DNA of 64,000 nt from the human T2T-CHM13v2.0 reference genome, Homo sapiens. Below, piece after piece: positions 1 to 12,378 of the stretch. Below the pieces are notes generated by a model. The model did not search any database and had not been told where the DNA came from. It saw nothing but the letters and a program-made list of their open reading frames with translations. The DNA lies in assembly GCF_009914755.1 (NCBI RefSeq), contig NC_060946.1; one strand, written 5' to 3'. The translations under genes were made by a program, and so were the position numbers. Each line of letters begins with the position of its first letter. Position 1 is the first letter of the stretch.

Positions 1-219
1 TAAAGGAGTTTCTGAGAATGTTTCTGTCTAGTGGTTATGGGAAGATATTTGCTTTTTCACCGTAGGCCTCAGAGCGCTCCAAATATCCACTTGCACATAC
101 TACAAAAAGAGTGCTTCAAAGCTGCTCTCTGAAACGGAATGTTCAACTGTATGGGTTGAATGCAAACATCCCAAAGACGTTTCTGAGAATGCTTCTGTCT
201 AGATTTGATATGAAGATAT

Positions 220-236
220 TCCCGTTTCCAACGAAA
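220..236 (-). promoter_or_regulatory. CENP-B box 1 of the HOR (recurs every ~1364 bp)
   Basis: TCCCGTTTCCAACGAAA is the reverse complement of the 17-bp YTTCGTTGGAARCGGGA consensus. Confidence 0.97.
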
Positions 237-557
237 TCTTCAAATCTATCCAAATGTCCACTTGCAGATTCAACAAAAAGTGTTTTTCAGAACTGCTCTA
301 TCAAAAGAAAGATCCACCTCTGTTAGCTGAGTTCACACATCACAAACAAGTTTATGAGAATGCTTCTGTCAAGTTTTTATTTGAAGATATTTCCTTTCTC
401 ACCATAGACCTGAAAGCTGTCCTAATGTTCACTTCCAGATACTACAGAAAGAGTGTTTCAAAACTGCTGTACGAAAGGGAATGTTCAACTCTGTGACTTG
501 AATGCACACATCACAAAGAAGTTTCTGAGGATGCTGCTGTCTACTTTTTATACGTAA

Positions 558-574
558 TCCCGTTTCCAACGAAA
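558..574 (-). promoter_or_regulatory. CENP-B box 2 of the HOR
   Basis: TCCCGTTTCCAACGAAA, exact consensus, preceded by the HOR-diagnostic TACGTAA. Confidence 0.97.
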
Positions 575-728
575 TCCTCCAAGCTATCCAAATATCCACT
601 TGCAGATTCCACAGAAAGACTGTTTCAAAACTGCTCTGTCAATAGAAAGGTTCAACTCTGTTAGCTGCGTGCATATATCCCAAAGAAGATTCTGAGATTG
701 CTTCTGTCTAGTTTTTATGGGAAGATAT

Positions 729-746
729 TTCCCTTTTCACCGTAGG
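729..746 (-). promoter_or_regulatory. pJalpha-type (A-box) motif of A-type monomers
   Basis: TTCCCTTTTCACCGTAG occupies the position homologous to the CENP-B box in alternate monomers. Variants lie near 50, 391 and 1071 and resemble the described TTCCTTTTYCACCRTAG motif. Confidence 0.75.
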
Positions 747-899
747 CGTCAAGGCGCTCCAAATGTCCACTTCCAGATACTACAAAAAGAGTGTTTCAAA
801 CCTACTCTGTGGAAGGGAATATTCAACTCTGTGACTTGAATGCAGATATCACAAAGAAGTTTCTGAGAATGCTTCTGTCGAGATTTTATATGAAGATAT

Positions 900-916
900 T
901 CCCGTTTCCAACGAAA
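900..916 (-). promoter_or_regulatory. CENP-B box 3 of the HOR
   Basis: TCCCGTTTCCAACGAAA, exact consensus, just downstream of the TaqI site at 878. Confidence 0.97.
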
Positions 917-1241
917 TCTTGAAATCTATCCAAATATCCCCTCGCAGATTCTACAAAAAGAGTGTTTCAACACTGCTCTGTAAAAAGAAAGGTTCAACTC
1001 TGTTGGTTGAGTACACACATCACAAACAAGTTTCACAGAATGCTTCTTTCTAGCTTGTAGGGGAAGATATTTCCTTTATCACCATGGTTCTCAAACCGTC
1101 CGAAACGTCCACTTCCATATACTACAAAAACAGTGTTTGAAACCTGCTCTATGAAAGGCAATGTTCAACTCTGTGACTTGAATGCAGACATCACAGAGCA
1201 GTTTCTGAGAATGCTTCTGTCCAGACTTTATAGGAAGATAT

Positions 1242-1258
1242 TCCCGTTTCCAACGAAA
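1242..1258 (-). promoter_or_regulatory. CENP-B box 4 of the HOR
   Basis: TCCCGTTTCCAACGAAA, exact consensus. Confidence 0.97.
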
Positions 1259-4198
1259 TCTTCACAGCTATCCAAATATCCACTTGCAGATAGTACAAAA
1301 AGAGTGTATCAGAAATGCTCTGTCAAAAGGAAAGTTCTTCTCTGCTAGTTGAGTACATACGTCATAAAGAAGTTTCTGAGAATGTTCCTGTCTAGTGGTT
1401 ATGGGAAGATATTTGCTTTTTCCCCGTAGGCCTCAAAGCGGTCCAAATGTCCACTTGCACATACTACAAAAAGAGTGCTTCAAAGCTCCTCTCAGAAAGG
1501 GAATGTTCAACTCTATGAGTTGAATGCAAACATCACAAAGGCGTTTCTGAGAATGCTTCTGTCTAGATTTGATATGAAGATATTCCCGTTTCCAACGAAA
1601 TCTTCAAATCTATCCAAATGTCCACTTGCAGATTCAACAAAGTGTTTTTCAAAACTGCTGTATCAAAAGAAAGATCCACCACTGTTAGCTGAGTTCACAC
1701 TTCACAAACAAGTTTATCAGAATGCTTCTGTCTAGTTTTTATTTGAAGATATATCCTTTCTCACTATAGACCTGAAAGCTCTCCTAAAGTTCACTTCCAG
1801 ATACTACAGAAAGAGTTTTTCAAAACTGCTGTACGAAAGGGAATGTTCAACTCTGTGACTTGAATGCACACGTCACAAGGAAGATTCTGAGGATGCTGCT
1901 GTCTACTTTTTATACGTAATCCCGTTTCCAAAGAAATCCCCCAAGCTATCCAAATATCCACTTGCAGATTCCACAGAAAGACTGTTTCAAAACTGCTCTG
2001 TCAATAGAAAGGTTCAACTCTATTAGCTGCGTGCATATATGCCAAAGAAGATTCAGAGATTGCTTCTGTCTAGTTTTTATGGGAAGATATTTCCCTTTTC
2101 ACCGTAGGTGTCAAGGCGCTCCAAATGTCCACTTCCAGATACTACAAAAAGAGTGTTTCAAACCTACTCTGTGAAAGGGAATATTCCGCTCTGTGACTTG
2201 AATGCAGATATCACAATGAAGTTTCTGAGAATGCTTCTGTCGAGATTTTATATGAAGATATTCCCGTTTCCAACAAAATCCTGAAATCTATCCAAATATC
2301 CCCTCGCAGATTCTACAAAAAGAGTGTTTCAAAACTGCTCTGTAAAAAGAAAGGTTCAACTCTGTTAGTTGAGTACACACATCACAAACAAGTTTCACAG
2401 AATGCTTCTTTCTAGCTTGTAGGGGAAGATATTCCCTTTATCACCATGGGCCTCCAACCGTCCGAAACGTCCACTTCCATATACTACAAAAAGAGCGTTT
2501 CAAACCTGCTCTAGGAAAGGCAATGTTCAACTCTGTGACTTGAATGCAGACTTCACAGAGCAGTTTCTGAGAATGCTTCTGTCTAGATTTTATAGGAAGA
2601 TATTCCCGTTTCCAACGAAATCTTCACAGCTATCCAAATATCCACTTGCAGATTCTACAAAAAGAGTGTATCAAAACTGCTCTGTCAAAAGGAAGGTTCT
2701 TCTCTGTTAGTTGAGTACATACGTCATAAAGGAGTTTCTGAGAATGTTTCTGTCTAGTGGTTATGGGAAGATATTTGCTTTTTCACCTTAGGCCTCAGAG
2801 CGCTCCAAATATCCACTTGCACATACTACAAAAAGAGTGCTTCAAAGCTGCTCTCTGAAAGGGAATGTTCAACTCTATGAGTTGAATGCAAACATGACAA
2901 AGACGTTTCTGAGAATGCTTCTGTCTAGATTTGATATGAAGATATACCCGTTTCCAACGAAATCTTCAAATCTATCCAAATGTCCACTTGCAGATTCAAC
3001 AAAGTGTTTCTCAAAACTGCTGTATCAAAAGAAAGATCCACCTCTGTTACCTGAGTTCACACTTCGCAAACAAGTTTATCAGAACTCTTCTGTCTAGTTT
3101 TTATTTGAAGATATATCCTTTCTCACTATAGACCTGAAAGCTCTCATAAAGTTCACTTCCAGATACTACAGAAAGAGTGTTTCAAAACTGCTGTACGAAA
3201 GGGAATGTTCAACTCTGTGACTTGAATGCACACATCACAAGGAAGTTTCTGAGGATGCTGCTGTCTAGTTTTTATACGTAATCCCGTTTCCAACGAAATC
3301 CTCCAAGCTATCCAAATATCCACTTGCAGATTCCACAGAAAGACTGTTTCAAAACTGCTCTGTCAATAGAAAGGTTCAACTCTGTTAGCTGCGTGCATAT
3401 ATCCCAAAGGAGATTCTGAGATTGCTTCTGTCTAGTTTTTATGGGAAGATATTTCCCTTTTCACTTTAGGTGTCAAGGCGCTCCAAATGTCCACTTCCAG
3501 ATACTACAAAAAGAGTGTTTCAAACCTACTCTCTGAAAGGGAATATTCAACTCTGTGACTTGAATGCAGATATCACAAAGAAGTTTCTGAGAATGCTTCT
3601 GTCGAGATTTTATATGAAGATATTCCCGTTTCCAACGAAATCCTGAAATCTATCCAAATATCCCCTCGCAGATTCTACAAAAAGAGTGTTTCAAAACTGC
3701 TCTGTAAATAGAAAGGTTCAACTCTGTTAGTTGAGTACACACATCACAAACAAGTTTCACAGAATGCTTCTTTCTAGCTTGTAGGGGAAGATATTCCCTT
3801 TATCACCATGGGCCTCAAACCGTCCGAAACGTCCACTTCCATATACTACAAAAAGAGCGTTTCAAACCTGCTCTATGAAAGGCAATGTTCAACTCTGTGA
3901 CTTGAATGCAGACATCACAGAGCAGTTTCTCAGAATGCTTCTGTCTAGGTTTTATAGGAAGATATTCCCGTTTCCAACGAAATCTTCACAGCTATCCAAA
4001 TATCCACTTGCAGATTCTACAAAAGGAGTGTATCAAAACTGCTCTGTCAAAAGGAAGGTTCTTCTCTGTTAGGTGAGTGCATACGTCATAAAGGAGTTTC
4101 TGAGAATGTTTCTGTCTAGTGGTTATGGGAAGATATTTGCTTTTTCACCGTAGGCCTCAGAGCGCTCCAAATATCCACTTGCACATACTACAAAAAGA

Positions 4199-7100
4199 GT
4201 GCTTCAAAGCTGCTCTCTGAAACGGAATGTTCAACTGTATGCGTTGAATGCAAACATCCGAAAGACGTTTCTGAGAATGCTTCTGTCTAGATTTGATATG
4301 AAGATATTCCCGTTTCCAACGAAATCTTCAAATCTATCCAAATGTCCACTTGCAGATTCAACAAAAAGTGTTTTTCAGAACTGCTCTATCAAAAGAAAGA
4401 TCCACCTCTGTTAGCTGAGTTCACACATCACAAACAAGTTTATGAGAATGCTTCTGTCTAGTTTTTATTTGAAGATATTTCCTTTCTCACCATAGACCTG
4501 AAAGCTGTCCTAATGTTCACTTCCAGATACTACAGAAAGAGTGTTTCAAAACTGCTGTACGAAAGGGAATGTTCAACTCTGTGACTTGAATGCACACATC
4601 ACAAAGAAGTTTCTGAGGATGCTGCTGTCTACTTTTTATACGTAATCCCGTTTCCAACGAAATCCTCCAAGCTATCCAAATATCCACTTGCAGATTCCAC
4701 AGAAAGACTGTTTCAAAACTGCTCTGTCAATAGAAAGGTTCAACTCTGTTAGCTGCGTGCATATATCCCAAAGAAGATTCTGAGATTGCTTCTGTCTAGT
4801 TTTTATGGGAAGATATTTCCCTTTTCACCGTAGGCGTCAAGGCGCTCCAAATGTCCACTTCCAGATACTACAAAAAGAGTGTTTCAAACCTACTCTGTGG
4901 AAGGGAATATTCAACTCTGTGACTTGAATGCAGATATCACAAAGAAGTTTCTGAGAATGCTTCTGTCGAGATTTTATATGAAGATATTCCCGTTTCCAAC
5001 GAAATCTTGAAATCTATCCAAATATCCCCTCGCAGATTCTACAAAAAGAGTGTTTCAACACTGCTCTGTAAAAAGAAAGGTTCAACTCTGTTGGTTGAGT
5101 ACACACATCACAAACAAGTTTCACAGAATGCTTCTTTCTAGCTTGTAGGGGAAGATATTTCCTTTATCACCATGGTTCTCAAACCGTCCGAAACGTCCAC
5201 TTCCATATACTAAAAAAACAGTGTTTGAAACCTGCTCTATGAAAGGCAATGTTCAACTCTGTGACTTGAATGCAGACATCACAGAGCAGTTTCTGAGAAT
5301 GCTTCTGTCCAGACTTTATAGGAAGATATTCCCGTTTCCAACGAAATCTTCACAGCTATCCAAATATCCACTTGCAGATAGTACAAAAAGAGTGTATCAG
5401 AAATGCTCTGTCAAAAGGAAAGTTCTTCTCTGCTAGTTGAGTACATACGTCATAAAGAACTTTCTGAGAATGTTCCTGTCTAGTGGTTATGGGAAGATAT
5501 TTGCTTTTTCCCCGTAGGCCTCAAAGCGGTCCAAATGTCCACTTGCACATACTACAAAAAGAGTGCTTCAAAGCTCCTCTCAGAAAGGGAATGTTCAACT
5601 CTATGAGTTGAATGCAAACATCACAAAGGCGTTTCTGAGAATGCTTCTCTCTAGATTTGATATGAAGATATTCCCGTTTCCAACGAAATCTTCAAATCTA
5701 TCCAAATGTCCACTTGCAGATTCAACAAAGTGTTTTTCAAAACTGCTGTATGAAAAGAAAGATCCACCACTGTTAGCTGAGTTCACACTTCACAAACAAG
5801 TTTATCAGAATGCTTCTGTCTAGTTTTTATTTGAAGATATATCCTTTCTCACTATAGACCTGAAAGCTCTCCTAAAGTTCACTTCCAGATACTACAGAAA
5901 GAGTTTTTCAAAACTGCTGTACGAAAGGGAATGTTCAACTCTGTGACTTGAATGCACACGTCACAAGGAAGATTCTGAGGATGCTGCTGTCTACTTTTTA
6001 TACGTAATCCCGTTTCCAAAGAAATCCCCCTAGCTATCCAAATATCCACTTGCAGATTCCACAGAAAGACTGTTTCAAAACTGCTCTGTCAATAGAAAGG
6101 TTCAACTCTATTAGCTGCGTGCATATATCCCAAAGAAGATTCTGAGATTGCTTCTGTCTAGTTTTTACGGGAAGATAATTCCCTTTTCACCGTAGGTGTC
6201 AAGGCGCTCCAAATGTCCACTTCCAGATACTACAAAAAGAGTGTTTCAAACCTACTCTGTGAAAGGGAATATTCCGCTCTGTGACTTGAATGCAGATATC
6301 ACAATGAAGTTTCTGAGAATGCTTCTGTCGAGATTTTATATGAAGATATTCCCGTTTCCAACAAAATCCTGAAATCTATCCAAATATCCCCTCGCAGATT
6401 CTACAAAAAGAGTGTTTCAAAACTACTCTGTAAAAAGAAAGGTTCAACTCTGTTAGTTGAGTACACACATCACAAACAAGTTTCACAGAATGCTTCTTTC
6501 TAGCTTGTAGGGGAAGATATTCCCTTTATCACCATGGGCCTCAAACCGTCCGAAACGTCCACTTCCATATACTACAAAAAGAGCGTTTCAAACCTGCTCT
6601 ATGAAAGGCAATGTTCAACTCTGTGACTTGAATGCAGACTTCACAGAGCAGTTTCTGAGAATGCTTCTGTCTAGATTTTATAGGAAGATATTCCCGTTTC
6701 CAACGAAATCTTCACAGCTATCCAAATATCCACTTGCAGATTCTGCAAAAAGAGTGTATCAAAACTGCTCTGTCAAAAGGAAGGTTCTTCTCTGTTAGTT
6801 GAGTACATACGTCATAAAGGAGTTTCTGAGAATGTTTCTGTCTAGTGGTGATGGGAAGATATTTGCTTTTTCACCTTAGGCCTCAGAGCGCTCCAAATAT
6901 CCACTTGCACATACTACAAAAAGAGTGCTTCAAAGCTGCTCTCTGAAAGGGAATGTTCAACTCTATGAGTTGAATGCAAACATCACAAAGACGTTTCTGA
7001 GAATGCTTCTGTCTAGATTTGATATGAAGATATACCCGTTTCCAACAAAATCTTCAAATCTATCCAAATGTCCACTTGCAGATTCAACAAAGTGTTTCTC

Positions 7101-7660
7101 AAAACTGCTGTATCAAAAGAAAGATCCACCTCTGTTACCTGAGTTCACACTTCGCAAACAAGTTTATCAGAACTCTTCTGTCTAGTTTTTATTTGAAGAT
7201 ATATCCTTTCTCACTATAGACCTGAAAGCTCTCATAAATTTCACTTCCAGATACTACAGAAAGAGTGTTTCAAAAATGCTGTACGAAAGGGAATGTTCAA
7301 CTCTGTGACTTGAATGCACACATCACAAGGAAGTTTCTGAGGATGCTGCTGTCTAGTTTTTATACGAAATCCCGTTTCCAACGAAATCCTCCAAGCTATC
7401 CAAATATCCACTTGCAGATTCCACAGAAAGACTGTTTCAAAACTGCTCTGTCAATAGAAAGGTTCAACTCTGTTAGCTGCGTGCATATATCCCAAAGGAG
7501 ATTCTGAGATTGCTTCTGTCTAGTTTTTATGGGAAGATATTTCCCTTTTCACTTTAGGTGTCAAGGCGCTCCAAATGTCCACTTCCAGATACTACAAAAA
7601 GAGTGTTTCAAACCTACTCTGTGAAAGGGAATATTCAACTCTGTGACTTGAATGCAGATA
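4199..7660. repeat. 3-HOR block, copy 2 (3' part diverges near 7.65 kb)
   Basis: Markers shift by 4088: 1133->5221, 1475->5563, 2837->6925. Confidence 0.85.
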
Positions 7661-10600
7661 TCACAATGAAGTTTCTGAGAATGCTTCTGTCGCGATTTTA
7701 TATGAAGATATTCCCGTTTCCAACAAAATCCTGAAATCTATCCAAATATCTCCTCGCAGATTCTACAAAAAGAGTGTTTCAAAACTGCTCTGTAAAAAGA
7801 AAGGTTCAACTCTGTTAGTTGAGTACACACATCACAAACAAGTTTCACAGAATGCTTCTTTCTAGCTTGTAGGGGAAGATATTCCCTTTATCACCATGGG
7901 CCTCAGACCGTCCGAAACGTCCACTTCCATATACTACAAAAAGAGGGTTTCAAACCTGCTCTATGAAGGGCAATGTTCAACTCTGTGACTTGAATGCAGA
8001 CATCACAGAGCAGTTTCTGAGAATGCTTCTGTCTAGATTTTATAGGAAGATATTCCCGTTTCCAACGAAATCTTCACAGCTATCCCAATATCCACTTGCA
8101 GATTCTACAAAAAGAGTGTATCAAAACTGCTCTGTCAAAAGGAAGGTTCTTCTCTGTTAGATGAGTACACACGTCATAAAGGAGTTTCTGAGAATGTTTC
8201 TGTCTAGTGGTTATGGGAAGATATTTGCTTTTTCACCTTAGGCCCCAGAGCGCTCCAAATATCCACTTGCACATACTACAAAAAGAGTGCTTCAAAGCTG
8301 CTCTCTGAAACGGAATGTTCAACTCTATGAGTTGAATGCAAACATCACAAAGACGTTTCTGAGAATGCTTCTGTCTAGATTTGATATGAAGATATTCCCG
8401 TTTCCAACGAAATCTTCAAATCTATCCAAATGTCCACTTGCAGATTCAACAAAAAGTGTTTTTCAGAACTGCTCTATCAAAAGAAAGATCCACCTCTGTT
8501 AGCTGACTTCACACATCACAAACAAGTTTATGAGAATGCTTCTGTCTAGTTTTTATTTGAAGATATTTCCTTTCTCACCATAGACCTGAAAGCTGTCCTA
8601 ATGTTCACTTCCAGATACTACAGAAAGAGCGTTTCAAAACTGCTGTACGAAAGGGAATGTTCAACTCTGTGACTTGAATGCACACATCACAAAGAAGTTT
8701 CTGAGGATGCTGCTGTCTACTTTTTATACGTAATCCCGTTTCCAACGAAATCCTCCAATCTATCCAAATATCCACTTGCAGATTCCACAGAAAGACTGTT
8801 TCAAAACTGCTCTGTCAATAGAAAGGTTCAACTCTGTTAGCTGTGTGCATATATCCCAAAGAAGATTCTGAGATTGCTTCTGTCTAGTTTTTATGGGAAG
8901 ATATTTCCCTTTTCACCGTAGGTGTCAAGGCGCTCCAAATGTCCACTTCCAGATACTACAAAAAGAGTGTTTCAAACCTACTCTGTGAAAGGGAATATTC
9001 AACTCTGTGACTTGAATGCAGATATCACAATGAAGTTTCTGAGAATGCTTCTGTCGAGATTTTATATGAAGATATTGCCGTTTCCAACGAAATCCTGAAA
9101 TCTATCCAAATATCCCCTCGCAGATTCTACAAAAAGAGTGTTTCAAAACTACTCTGTAAAAAGAAAGGTTCAACCCTGTTAGTTGAGTACACACATCACA
9201 AACAAGTTTCACAGAATGCTTCTTTCTAGCTTGTAGGGGAAGATATTCCCTTTATCACCATGGGCCTCAAACCGTCCGAAACGTTTACTTCCATATACTA
9301 CAAAAAGAGCTTTTCAAACCTGCTCTATGAAAGGCAATGTTCAACTCTGTGACTTTAATGCAGACATCACAGAGCAGTTTCTGAGAATGCTTCTGTCTAG
9401 ATTTTATAGGAAGATATTTCCGTTTCCAACGAAACCTTCACAGCTATCCAAATATCCACTTGCAGATTCTACAAAAAGAGTGTATCAAAACTGCTCTGTC
9501 AAAAGGAATGTTCTCCTCTGTTAGTTGAGTACATACGTCATAAAGGAGTTTCTGAGAATGTTTCTGTCTAGTGGTTACGGGAAGATATTTGCTTTTTCAC
9601 CGTAGGCCTCAGAGCGCTCCAAATATCCACTTGCACATACTACAAAAAGAGTGCTTCAAAGCTGCTCTCTGAAACGGAATGTTCAACTCTATGAGTTGAA
9701 TGCAAACATCACAAAGACGTTTCTGAGAATGCTTCTGTCTAGATTTGATATGAAGATATTCCCGTTTCCAACGAAATCTTCAAATCTATCCAAATGTCCA
9801 CTTGCAGATTCAACAAAAAGTGTTTTTCAGAACTGCTCTATCAAAAGAAAGATCCACCTCTGTTAGCTGAGTTCACACATCACAAACAAGTTTTTGAGAA
9901 TGCTTCTGTATAGTTTTTATTTGAAGATATTTCCTTTCTCACCATAGACCTGGAAGCTGTCCTAATGTTCACTTCCAGATACTACAGAAAGAGTGTTTCA
10001 AAACTGCTGTACGAAAGGGAATGTTCAACTCTGTGACTTGAATGCACACATCACAAAGAAGTTTCTGAGGATGCTGCTGTCTACTTTTTATACGTAATCC
10101 CGTTTCCAACGAAATCCTCCAATCTATGCAAATATCCACTTGCAGATTCCACAGAAAGAGTGTTTCAAAACTGCTCTGTCAATAGAAAGGTTCAACTCTG
10201 TTAGCTGCGTGCATATATCCCAAAGAAGATTCTGAGATTGCTTCTGTCTAGTTTTTATGGGAAGATATTTCCCTTTTCACCGTAGGTGTCAAGGCGCTCC
10301 AAATGTCCACTTACAGATACTACAAAAAGAGTGTTTCAAACCTACTCTGTGAAAGGGAATATTCAACTCTGTGACTTGAATGCAGATATCACAATGAAGT
10401 TTCTGAGAATGTCTCTGTCGCGATTTTATATGAAGATATTCCCGTTTCCAACAAAATCCTGAAATCTATCCAAGTATCTCCTCGCAGATTCTACAAAAAG
10501 AGTGTTTCAAAACTGCTCTGTAAAAAGAAAGGTTCAACTCTGTTAGTTGAGTACACACATCACAAACAAGTTTCACAGAATGCTTCTTTCTAGCTTGTAG

Positions 10601-12378
10601 GGGAAGATATTCCCTTTATCACCATGGGCCTCAGACCGTCCGAAACGTCCACTTCCATATACTACAAAAAGAGCGTTTCAAACCTGCTCTATGAAAGGCA
10701 ATGTTCAACTCTGTGACTTGAATGCAGACATCACAGAGCAGTTTCTGAGAATGCTTCTGTCTAGATTTTATAGGAAGATATTCCCGTTTCCAACGAAATC
10801 TTCACAGCTATCCAAATATCCACTTGCAGATTCTACAAAAAGAGTGTATCAAAACTGCTCTGTCAAAAGGAAGGTTCTTCTCTGTTAGATGAGTACATAC
10901 GTCATAAAGGAGTTTCTGAGAATGTTTCTGTCTAGTGGTTATGGGAAGATATTTGCTTTTTCACCTTAGGCCTCAGAGCGCTCCAAATATACACTTGCAC
11001 ATACTACAAAAAGAGTGCTTCAAAGCTGCTCTCTGAAACGGAATGTTCAACTCTATGAGTTGAATGCAAACATCACAAAGACGTTTCTGAGAATGCTTCT
11101 GTCTAGATTTGATATGAAGATATTCCCGTTTCCAACGAAATCTACAAATCTATCCAAATGTCCACTTGCAGATTCAACAAAAAGTGTTTTTCAGAACTGC
11201 TCTATCAAAAGAAAGATCCACCTCTGTTAGCTGAGTTCACACATCACAAACAAGTTTATGAGAATGCTTCTGTCTAGTTTTTATTTGAAGATATTTCCTT
11301 TCTCACCATAGACCTGAAAGCTGTCCTAATGTTCACTTCCAGATACTACAGAAAGAGCGTTTCAAAACTGCTGTACGAAAGGGAATGTTCAACTCTGTGA
11401 CTTGAATGCACACATCACAAAGTAGTTTCTGAGGATGCTGCTGTCTACTTTTTATACGTAATCCCGTTTCCAACGAAATCCTCCAATCTATCCAAATATC
11501 CACTTGCAGATTCCACAGAAAGACTGTTTCAAAACTGCTCTGTCAATAGAAAGGTTCAACTCTGTTAGCTGTGTGCATATATCCCAAAGAAGATTCTGAG
11601 ATTGCTTCTGTCTAGTTTTTATGGGAAGATATTTCCCTTTTCACCGTAGGTGTCAAGGCGCTCCAAATGTCCACTTCCAGATACTACAAAAAGAGTGTTT
11701 AAAACCTACTCTCTGAAAGGGAATATTCAACTCTGTGACTTGAATGCAGATATCACAAAGAAGTTTCTGAGAATGCTTCCGTCGAGATTTTATATGAAGA
11801 TATTCCCGTTTCCAACGAAATCCTGAAATCTATCCAAATATCCCCTCGCAGATTCTACAAAAAGAGTGTTTCAAAACTGCTCTGTAAAAAGAAAGGTTCA
11901 ACTCTGTTAGTTGAGTACACACATCACAAACAAGTTTCACAGAATGCTTCTTTCTAGCTTGTAGGGGAAGATATTCCCTTTATCACCATGGGCCTCAAAC
12001 CGTCCGAAACGTACACTTCCATATACTACAAAAAGAGCGTTTCAAACCTGCTCTATGAAAGGCAATGTTCAACTCTGTGACTTGAATGCAGACATCACAG
12101 AGCAGTTTCTCAGAATGCTTCTGTCTAGGTTTTATAGGAAGATATTCCCGTTTCCAACGAAATCTTCACAGCTATCCAAATATCCACTTGCAGATTCTAC
12201 AAAAGGAGTGTATCAAAACTGCTCTGTCAAAAGGAAGGTTCTTCTCTGTTAGGTGAGTGCATACGTCATAAAGGAGTTTCTGAGAATGTTTCTGTCTAGT
12301 GGTTATGGGAAGATATTTGCTTTTTCACCGTAGACCTCAGAGCGCTCCAAATATCCACTTGCACATACTACAAAAAGA

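Larger units (their letters stand above)
111..1474 (-). repeat. Representative single HOR unit (8 monomers; dimer spacings 338+342+342+342 bp)
   Basis: CENP-B boxes start at 220, 558, 900, 1242 and 1584. The 338-bp interval reflects a 4-bp-shorter monomer (TTTTTATACGTAATCCCG versus TTTTATATGAAGATATTCCCG). Confidence 0.95.
111..4198. repeat. 3-HOR block (4088 bp), copy 1
   Basis: Unit lengths are 1364+1362+1362. Private markers (GTGGAAGGG, CTCCTCTCAG, 2-bp deletion, ATTCCGCTCT, CTTCGCAAAC, GAACTCTTC) recur at +4088 and +12268. Confidence 0.9.

Noticed and set aside
547-557. TATA-like and short palindromic motifs (TTTATACGTAA, GATATC, AGCGCT) as promoters or hairpins
   Set aside because: Expected by chance in AT-rich satellite, with no sequence-level evidence of promoter or terminator function.
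10408-10422. GAATGTCTCTG instead of GAATGCTTCTG (adjacent base swap)
   Set aside because: A singleton; could be a double substitution or a consensus error, with no supportable function.
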